Source: a virus
Lineage: Duplodnaviria > Caudoviricetes
Strand: one strand, 5' to 3'
Virus record (IMG/VR): IMGVR_UViG_3300017784_001015
Span: 1 to 27,062 of that record
DNA length: 27,062 nt
In this document: one piece after another, positions 1 to 5,888 of the stretch
Position numbering within the stretch: the stretch's first letter is position 1
Layout of the letters: each line of letters begins with the position of its first letter
Made by a program: the position numbers and the translations under genes
Notes under the pieces: generated by a model
Seen by the model: the letters and a program-made list of their open reading frames with translations, nothing else
What the model was told of the DNA's origin: nothing
The model's database searches: none

Positions 1-69
1 AAGAACTACCCCGAAACATTGACCAATATGTCGGACGATCCGACAGGTCAAACCAACAGGAGATATGAT

Positions 70-342
70 ATGTGGAATGCAGTTAAGGCAAAGGTGTGGA
101 TGTCGTTTGTGTGTCTTGATTGGGAGCGTGAGCGCAATGGCATTGTCCAGCGCCTGAGTGTGTCGTTGTATAATGATGGCGGTATGGCTGTGCGTGTGAC
201 CTGTGCTACCCCTATCAAGGCTGACAAGTCCCGCTTTGAGCGCAGCTTTGAGATTGGGGATGTGCCTCGCTGTTACCTCAAGGATGACGAGTCACTTGAT
301 ACCCTATTCAACCATGTATTCTTCAACGGAAAGGCTTGCTAA
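70..342 (+). CDS. Hypothetical early phage protein (90 aa)
   Basis: ORF 19..342. The start is trimmed to ATG 70 (MWNAVK...), which follows a CAGGAG Shine-Dalgarno. No recognised motif. Confidence 0.6.
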   Translation: MWNAVKAKVWMSFVCLDWERERNGIVQRLSVSLYNDGGMAVRVTCATPIKADKSRFERSFEIGDVPRCYLKDDESLDTLFNHVFFNGKAC

Positions 343-343
343 G

Positions 344-544
344 ATGTTTTACCATAACCTAAAAGACCTAACGCTGTCGGCAATGTCTTGGGATACCCTA
401 ACAGAGGCTGAACAAAATACCCTCACAGATTTGGTTGATCTATACTTTGAACGGCTGCACAATCCGCCTGTAGGTGTCATTGGTGTGGGTGCAATCACCT
501 ATGCAGAACGTCAGCTAATGCTGGCCCAAGAGGTGGCGCTATGA
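344..544 (+). CDS. Small hypothetical protein, paralog A (66 aa)
   Basis: ATG 344 directly follows the previous stop. The C-terminus PPVGVIGVGAITYAERQLMLAQE matches the next ORF. Confidence 0.75.
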   Translation: MFYHNLKDLTLSAMSWDTLTEAEQNTLTDLVDLYFERLHNPPVGVIGVGAITYAERQLMLAQEVAL

Positions 545-744
545 TTGCCTACAAAAACCTAGATGACATCTGCGAGGGTGTGGCCGTGTGGCATCTGATG
601 AATGACGAGGGCCATGCTAAGCTAAAGAAGTGCGTCAAAGTATATTGGGGCGCATACTATGACCCGCCTGATGGTGTGGTTGGTGTGGGCAGGATCACAT
701 ACGCAGAGCAACAGCTAGTGCTGGCACAGGAAGGGGTGGCATGA
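541..744 (+). CDS. Small hypothetical protein, paralog B (67 aa)
   Basis: ATGA overlap with the previous gene. C-terminus PPDGVVGVGRITYAEQQLVLAQE. Confidence 0.75.
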   Translation: MIAYKNLDDICEGVAVWHLMNDEGHAKLKKCVKVYWGAYYDPPDGVVGVGRITYAEQQLVLAQEGVA

Positions 745-815
745 TGCAGTATTGGATGCTTGCCCTTGGGGCTTATGCCCTGTGCCTTGCCCTTGCCTAT
801 GCGCTGATGACCTAA
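741..815 (+). CDS. Putative 24-aa membrane micropeptide (MMQYWMLALGAYALCLALAYALMT)
   Basis: Hand-translated. ATGA overlap with the previous stop, purine-rich GGAAGGGG upstream, almost wholly hydrophobic, fills the gap between genes. Confidence 0.5.
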   Translation: MMQYWMLALGAYALCLALAYALMT

Positions 816-831
816 CATAAAGGATAACAAA

Positions 832-1251
832 ATGGACTATCTAAGCAAGACACTACCCCTATACACCTTCACAATAGATGGGTGGGTGCGTGTGTACCGC
901 CATGACGAAGTGGAATGGTACGAGGGCAGACCCTATGCAGAGGGGCAGACTGTGGAGCATACCCAAGACGAGCCTGCCACATGGTGGACAGTGGGCGTGT
1001 ACACGCAGCACAGGCAGTATGGTGGGCCTGAGGAAGGTGGCTGGTACTATGATGCGGGCAGTCTGACATGGCATGGCAAGCTAAAGTTCTTTGACAGCTA
1101 TGAGGAAGCTAAGGCTTATCAAGATGAACTGTGGGATTTTGTCGAGGCAGAAAACAAAGATACATATGGGGATGAGCGTCTGACTGTGCGCTGCACCACT
1201 GAGGCTATGCCTGACACGCACTATCCCAAGACACGCCCATACTATAGCTAA
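832..1251 (+). CDS. Hypothetical phage protein (139 aa) with YGGPEEGGWYY motif
   Basis: AAGGA Shine-Dalgarno before the ATG; tight operon packing. Confidence 0.75.
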   Translation: MDYLSKTLPLYTFTIDGWVRVYRHDEVEWYEGRPYAEGQTVEHTQDEPATWWTVGVYTQHRQYGGPEEGGWYYDAGSLTWHGKLKFFDSYEEAKAYQDELWDFVEAENKDTYGDERLTVRCTTEAMPDTHYPKTRPYYS

Positions 1252-1265
1252 GGAAAGGATAAGCT

Positions 1266-1433
1266 ATGATCCGTGAACAAACAGAACACTTGACAGCACT
1301 TGATGCTGAGTCTAAGGGTGAAGCATTCAAAAGTGCGTGGGGGTGGGGTTATGATGCCACCTATCGGGTATATTATAATGCAACTGATGATGTGTGGGTG
1401 TGTGAAACATCCCGTTATTCTAGCTGTGATTAA
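1266..1433 (+). CDS. Hypothetical protein (55 aa, MIREQTEHLTALDAESKGEAF...RYSSCD)
   Basis: Hand-translated and absent from the ORF track. AAGGAAAGGA upstream of ATG 1266, TAA at 1431-1433. Confidence 0.65.
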   Translation: MIREQTEHLTALDAESKGEAFKSAWGWGYDATYRVYYNATDDVWVCETSRYSSCD

Positions 1434-1444
1434 GGAGAAACATA

Positions 1445-1588
1445 ATGAAATACCTACAAGCGTTTACATACTGGATGGTGATTGTTGCAATCTTTATTCA
1501 CCACATCCCATACCTTCGGGCATCCCTTGAGGTGCAGACCGACTACTACTATGAGATCATGGCAGAGGATATGGGACTATGGGAGTGA
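1445..1588 (+). CDS. Hypothetical small protein with N-terminal hydrophobic segment (47 aa, MKYLQAFTYWMVIVAIFI...)
   Basis: Hand-translated. AAGGAG Shine-Dalgarno; ends 4 nt before the hydrolase start. Confidence 0.6.
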   Translation: MKYLQAFTYWMVIVAIFIHHIPYLRASLEVQTDYYYEIMAEDMGLWE

Positions 1589-1592
1589 AGGG

Positions 1593-1949
1593 ATGATCTT
1601 AGCAGCACTGTGCCTTGCAGGTAACGTGTATTTTGAAGCACGGGGTGAGCCTATTGATGGGCAAATACTGGTTGCGGAAGTTACGATGAACCGCGCAAGC
1701 ACAGGTGCTGACATTTGTGCAACAGTATTTGATTCTAGACAATTTAGCTGGACAAACGATAAGGACTTAGCTATAGATGAGCCAGAGGTATTCATTCAGT
1801 CTGTGATCCTTGCCTATGGCCTGATGAACAATGGGTGTGACCTATGCACTACAGCTACACACTTTCATACACGGGATGTTGAACCCTACTGGACTGAACA
1901 CTTGACACTCATTGGTGCATATGGGAACCATGTGTTTTACAGAGAGTGA
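1593..1949 (+). CDS. Cell wall hydrolase, SleB/Hydrolase_2 family
   Basis: Motifs CLAGNVYFEARGE, VTMNR, QFSW, ATHFH, PYW and GNHVFY. Start trimmed to ATG 1593. Confidence 0.9.
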   Translation: MILAALCLAGNVYFEARGEPIDGQILVAEVTMNRASTGADICATVFDSRQFSWTNDKDLAIDEPEVFIQSVILAYGLMNNGCDLCTTATHFHTRDVEPYWTEHLTLIGAYGNHVFYRE

Positions 1950-1981
1950 TTACTATTTGTTCTTGACCAAGAGATAACAAT

Positions 1982-2000
1982 AGGTTAACAGTGTTAACCT
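1982..2000. repeat. Perfect 9-bp inverted repeat AGGTTAACA-G-TGTTAACCT
   Basis: Read directly. It lies between convergent genes and overlaps the HNH stop codon. Confidence 0.85.
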
Positions 2001-2446
2001 GAATGCTTAGGATGATCGAACTCCCAGTGACAGTTGGGACATAACAAGATTAGGTTAGAGGGATCGTTGATGACAGATAGTTTTGTATCAAGAGGGTACT
2101 CAGAGACTGCCTTGATGTGACATACCTCTACGTGCTTTGAGTATCCGCAGTGTGTGCAAACCTTAGGCCAGTCTTTGGTTACTACCCTTGCCCTGCTACG
2201 CACTAAAGCAAAGGCACTTGACAGGTGGTGTAAGGTGTACATACCTTCCTCTAGGGTCATGTCTTTTGGTACAAGGCAATCATCACAAACAGTTCTTCGA
2301 GATGCCACTTGACAGCCACAACGAGTACAGCTATAAGTCTTAGATGTTCGTTTAGGTTTAACTCTATTGGATACTTTAGCTGAGCAAGAACGGGAACAGA
2401 ACTTTGGGTTGGGTGTAAGAACACCGCAACAAACACAAGAAATCAT
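1994..2446 (-). CDS. HNH endonuclease with several Zn-binding CxxC motifs (150 aa)
   Basis: C-terminal CTHCG...EVCHIK...NDPSNLILLCPNCHWEFD HNH signature; N-terminal CVCC/KFCSRSC and CTRC/CDDC. Start at ATG 2446 with AGAGAGGA Shine-Dalgarno. The first 26 codons of the listed ORF are only tRNA antisense. Confidence 0.9.
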   Translation of the reverse strand: MISCVCCGVLTPNPKFCSRSCSAKVSNRVKPKRTSKTYSCTRCGCQVASRRTVCDDCLVPKDMTLEEGMYTLHHLSSAFALVRSRARVVTKDWPKVCTHCGYSKHVEVCHIKAVSEYPLDTKLSVINDPSNLILLCPNCHWEFDHPKHSG

Positions 2447-2526
2447 GGGCGTGTATCCTCTCTGTCTTCTAAACAGGTGAAAAGGTAACTGGAAACATGG
2501 GGGTTCGAATCCCTCCACGCCCACCA
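2447..2526 (+). tRNA. Non-canonical tRNA-Arg(UCU) or tRNA-like RNA lacking a normally placed D-arm
   Basis: Acceptor GGGCGTG/CACGCCC plus A-CCA; T-arm GGGGG-TTCGAAT-CCCTC; anticodon arm TCTGT-CTTCTAA-ACAGG; only 7 nt between acceptor and anticodon stems; 21-nt extra region. Confidence 0.85.
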
Positions 2527-2554
2527 GTTATACACTAATCGAAACGAAAGTCAA
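2527..2554 (-). promoter_or_regulatory. Candidate sigma70-type promoter firing antisense through the tRNA into the HNH gene
   Basis: The minus strand reads TTGACT (2554-2549), a 16-nt spacer, then TATAAC (2532-2527). Confidence 0.55.
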
Positions 2555-2566
2555 GATAAACCTGCA

Positions 2567-2600
2567 CAGGTTGTAGGTTCGAGTCCTACTGGGTAGACCA
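2567..2600 (+). pseudogene. Orphan tRNA 3' half (variable region, T-arm, acceptor 3' strand, CCA), possibly Pro-type
   Basis: CAGGTT-GTAGG-TTCGAGT-CCTAC-TGGGTAG-A-CCA. No convincing D-arm or anticodon arm upstream. G72/A73 match tRNA-Pro identity elements. Confidence 0.7.
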
Positions 2601-2620
2601 ACATATTCATGGAGTAAATC

Positions 2621-4570
2621 ATGCAGACGAATACTAATCTACGTGTGGTTGAGAACAACAGCCACTCTACAAAAGACTTCACCATCCAAGCATCAGGTAA
2701 GATGTTTCACATGGTTATCTCTGGCCTCTACTCGAACAAGCCACAGTCAATCACTCGTGAGATTTGGTCTAACGCATTTGATGCACACGCTATGGTGGGT
2801 AAGCAGGACGTACCCTTCGAGGTTACATTCCCTACAGCACTGACCCCTGTGTTCTCCTGCCGTGACTTTGGTGCAGGTATTGCACACGAGAACATGGAAG
2901 GCTTCTACACTGTGCTTGGTCACTCCACTAAGGAGAACACCAACAAGGCTGTAGGTAAGTGGGGTGTTGGCCGTATGTCTCCAATGTCATACACAGATAC
3001 CTTCTCTGTGGTGTCTATCCACAAGGGTCTGGTTGCATACTACTCCATCCAGCTTGGCCCTGATGGATCACCACAGCTACACGTTCTGTCCGAGCCTTCG
3101 CCTACCAACCAGCCTGATGGGCTTGAGGTATCCTTCCCTGTTAAGCGTGATGATATCCCATCCTTCCAACGTGCAGCAGAGGTTGTATCTTATGGGTTCA
3201 AGGTTCAACCTCGTGTGAAGAACTCACGGGACAAACAGTTTCAGCCTATCAAGAAGTTGCTTGAGGGTGAAGGCTACTACTTCTACAACGACAGCCGTTT
3301 GTCTGGGCCTTATGCACAGATGGGGTGTGTCCTCTACCCTATCAATACCAATTCCCTACCATCTAGTTTGCTCTCATTCAACACTCGCAATGTTGTCTTT
3401 GAGTTTGACATTGGTGATCTTGAGGTGACTGCTTCCCGTGAAGACCTAAGCTATGGTGCTAACGACCCTACTTTGGAGAACATCAAGAGGGTTATCACCA
3501 GTATTAAAGATAATATGCAGGACAAGGCGCAGAAAGAGATCGACAAAGCGCCAAGCCTATACCGAGCGATCAAGGCTTCTTATGTGTACAATCGTACACT
3601 TCTTAACGCTAACTTTAGCTGGCGGGGGATGGCTATCAAGACCTATCGGCCAAGCCTACAGTACAATGGTCTGGCTATCCATGTGGGTAATAAGGGTTAC
3701 AAAGATACTTCTACTGTTGGGTTTGGTGCAGAGACAGAGGTTAACCTCACTGTGGACAATGTTATCTATGTGCAGGATGTGTCTGACAAGGTAGCTAATG
3801 TACGTGCAGCCAAGCGTATCTCATCTGACCTAAAGCCTAATGACAGGTTCATCTGGGTTAAGGCTGACCTGTCTGATGCAACAGCAAAGGCTAGTGTAGC
3901 TGCGCTGATCCATGACCTTGACTACCCTGTAAAGTATGTCAAAGACCTGTCAGATACTGGGCCAGTCAAGTCAGGGCCACGGAATAAACTATCCGTGAAT
4001 AGCGTAGATGAGAGCGGGTATCGCCGCGCGCTGGATATGGATCAAGCTATGTTCCAGAAGGGTGGCTTCTACTACCCTATGGAAGGTGGTGTGTACCCCA
4101 AGCATTTTATCAACCTTATTCCACTGGCTAAGAGTGAACTACTACAGGATATCATCCTTGTACCTAAGCCTATGTGGAAAAAGTTTGAGGCTGCACCACA
4201 ATGGCATTTGATTGAGCCTAAGTTGGACGAGTTGATTAAGGCTCGTGCTAAGTCTGCCCAAGATAAACTAGGTAATTCCTATCATTACTATACCTACCTA
4301 AGATTACGTCCCTTTGATGCTGCTACAGGTATTGTTGGTGACTTCGCTAAGAAACTGAATGGCGTTAAGCAATCAGAATATCTGGGCTTGACCCGTGGCG
4401 TGTGGGATGATAACCTAAAGAGACTTGAACTACCCCTGATCAATGATGAGAGGGTAAAGCAAGAGTATCAAGAGATCATTAACAAGTATCCCCTGTTGGG
4501 ACTAGACGCTATACTCGACAGGAATGCTAAACACTTCCTGCACTACATCAACCTAATCAACAACGCATAA
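2621..4570 (+). CDS. rIIA: RIIA-like protein with N-terminal GHKL/HATPase domain
   Basis: LYSNKPQSITREIWSNAFDAH, DFGAGI and STK...VGKWGVGRMSPMSYTD motifs; paired with an rIIB-like gene. Confidence 0.88.
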   Translation: MQTNTNLRVVENNSHSTKDFTIQASGKMFHMVISGLYSNKPQSITREIWSNAFDAHAMVGKQDVPFEVTFPTALTPVFSCRDFGAGIAHENMEGFYTVLGHSTKENTNKAVGKWGVGRMSPMSYTDTFSVVSIHKGLVAYYSIQLGPDGSPQLHVLSEPSPTNQPDGLEVSFPVKRDDIPSFQRAAEVVSYGFKVQPRVKNSRDKQFQPIKKLLEGEGYYFYNDSRLSGPYAQMGCVLYPINTNSLPSSLLSFNTRNVVFEFDIGDLEVTASREDLSYGANDPTLENIKRVITSIKDNMQDKAQKEIDKAPSLYRAIKASYVYNRTLLNANFSWRGMAIKTYRPSLQYNGLAIHVGNKGYKDTSTVGFGAETEVNLTVDNVIYVQDVSDKVANVRAAKRISSDLKPNDRFIWVKADLSDATAKASVAALIHDLDYPVKYVKDLSDTGPVKSGPRNKLSVNSVDESGYRRALDMDQAMFQKGGFYYPMEGGVYPKHFINLIPLAKSELLQDIILVPKPMWKKFEAAPQWHLIEPKLDELIKARAKSAQDKLGNSYHYYTYLRLRPFDAATGIVGDFAKKLNGVKQSEYLGLTRGVWDDNLKRLELPLINDERVKQEYQEIINKYPLLGLDAILDRNAKHFLHYINLINNA

Positions 4571-4579
4571 GGAGCAACC

Positions 4580-5491
4580 ATGCGTATTCCATATACACTC
4601 TCGAACGAAAGCATCACTGTCTTTGCTGGTGGTAAGATGCACACTGTCCTCGCTGGACATAAGAACTTTGATCTACTGCGTGACCACCTCAAGCTTCCTG
4701 AGCATTCCGTCGAGGTGATCCTGCGTCTGTCGGATCGTGAAGAGAACATCCGTAAGTCGATCAAGGGTTCCAAGGTAGTGGTCGAGCATGGTACTGTGTA
4801 CTATGAGGGTGAAGAAGTTCACAATGCACTGACAACCAAGCTGTTGAATATGCTGGACGATGGCTTCGATGCTACACCTTGGATCAAGTTCCTTGAGAAC
4901 CTGATGATGAACCCATCGTATCGTTCTCGTGAATGTCTGTTCGAGTTCCTTGAGAGATTCAACGCACCGATTACAGCGGATGGTAACTTCATTGCCTTCA
5001 AGCGTGTGCGTAGTGACTTCATGGACATCTACTCTGGTACGATTGACAACAGCGTAGGCAAGGTCATTCAGATGGATCGTGCTAAGGTGAATGATGATCC
5101 ACAGCATACTTGTTCGGCTGGTCTTCACGTCTGTGCTAATGAGTATCTGGATGGGTATGCCAATGCAGCATCGACCAAGACCTTGGTGGTTGAGGTGAAC
5201 CCTGCCCATGTTGTGGCAGTTCCTTACGACTACAACTTTGCAAAGATGCGTGTGTGTGAGTACAAGGTTGTAGCAGAGATTGATCCTAAGACTATCCCAG
5301 AAGTGCTTGACAGTGAGATGTATGGTGACTGTGAGTTCGAGTATGTAATCGAGGATGACTTTAACGAGCCAGAATTTGATGAAGAACACGAGTGGGAAGT
5401 GTACTACAATGAGGAACAAGAAGAACTTGATACTTTTGTAGTGGATGATGTCAAGTGTGGTGATTCTGACTGCTGGTGTGTGGACTTGTAA
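4580..5491 (+). CDS. rIIB: RIIB-like protein
   Basis: FLENLMMNPS, PITADGNFIAFKRV, CSAGLHV, VNPAHVVAVPYDY and KMRVCEYKV motifs; acidic tail; AAGGAG Shine-Dalgarno. Confidence 0.9.
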   Translation: MRIPYTLSNESITVFAGGKMHTVLAGHKNFDLLRDHLKLPEHSVEVILRLSDREENIRKSIKGSKVVVEHGTVYYEGEEVHNALTTKLLNMLDDGFDATPWIKFLENLMMNPSYRSRECLFEFLERFNAPITADGNFIAFKRVRSDFMDIYSGTIDNSVGKVIQMDRAKVNDDPQHTCSAGLHVCANEYLDGYANAASTKTLVVEVNPAHVVAVPYDYNFAKMRVCEYKVVAEIDPKTIPEVLDSEMYGDCEFEYVIEDDFNEPEFDEEHEWEVYYNEEQEELDTFVVDDVKCGDSDCWCVDL

Positions 5492-5559
5492 TGAGGGGTA
5501 TAGACTTAGCCTTTCTGGTAAATGCTATACTAATCATAATGTTACTGATCTTTGCATAG
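5491..5559 (+). CDS. Putative 22-aa membrane micropeptide (MRGIDLAFLVNAILIIMLLIFA)
   Basis: Hand-translated. TAATG coupling to the rIIB stop; a single hydrophobic helix. Confidence 0.45.
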   Translation: MRGIDLAFLVNAILIIMLLIFA

Positions 5560-5568
5560 GATAAGAAG

Positions 5569-5778
5569 ATGTATAGTGTTTACGTTAGGGATAGTGGTGT
5601 GACTGTTGCCTCATCTGTGTTTGAGGGGTTGGCTGAGGCTGTCTCCTTTGGCAGAGAAGAAAGTCTTGAGGGTAATATTATCACTGTCTATTCAGCAGTG
5701 CAAGATGCAAGTGGAGACATTATGCATCTTTATAAGGTTCTCTATATGGTTATGCCTAAAGAGACACCTTATGTTTAA
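5569..5778 (+). CDS. Hypothetical protein (69 aa)
   Basis: AGGA Shine-Dalgarno; same orientation as neighbours. Confidence 0.6.
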   Translation: MYSVYVRDSGVTVASSVFEGLAEAVSFGREESLEGNIITVYSAVQDASGDIMHLYKVLYMVMPKETPYV

Positions 5779-5815
5779 CTTAAGTATTATATTCTTAAGA
5801 GATAAATACTTAAGT
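5778..5815. repeat. AT-rich 38-bp quasi-palindrome with three CTTAAG units at 15-bp spacing
   Basis: ACTTAAGTATT (5778-5788) pairs with AATACTTAAGT (5805-5815); CTTAAG starts at 5779, 5794 and 5809. Confidence 0.85.
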
Positions 5816-5832
5816 AATACATAAAGAGATAG

Positions 5833-5871
5833 AGGGTAGCACATGATGATGACTTATGCAAGTGCTACCCT
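5833..5871. repeat. 10-bp inverted repeat AGGGTAGCAC / GTGCTACCCT with 19-nt spacer
   Basis: Read directly; immediately upstream of the recombinase ribosome-binding site. Confidence 0.85.
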
Positions 5872-5888
5872 TACACAAGGGGAACAAC

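Noticed and set aside
1300-1530. Listed 76-aa ORF
   Set aside because: Two shorter ORFs in other frames (1266-1433 and 1445-1588) have clear Shine-Dalgarno sites and tile the region better.
2447-2524. N-terminal extension MGVEGFEPPCFQLPF... of the listed 176-aa ORF
   Set aside because: It is the antisense reading of the tRNA T-arm and body. The ATG at 2446 has a good Shine-Dalgarno and begins the Cys-rich domain.
2528-2600. Possible complete second tRNA using TTATACA as the 5' acceptor strand
   Set aside because: Pairing needs two G-U pairs and a mismatch, and no D-arm or 7-nt anticodon loop can be formed. Kept only as a 3' fragment.
4673-5419. 248-aa antisense ORF inside rIIB
   Set aside because: Shadow frame of a well-supported gene, with no motifs and no evident RBS.
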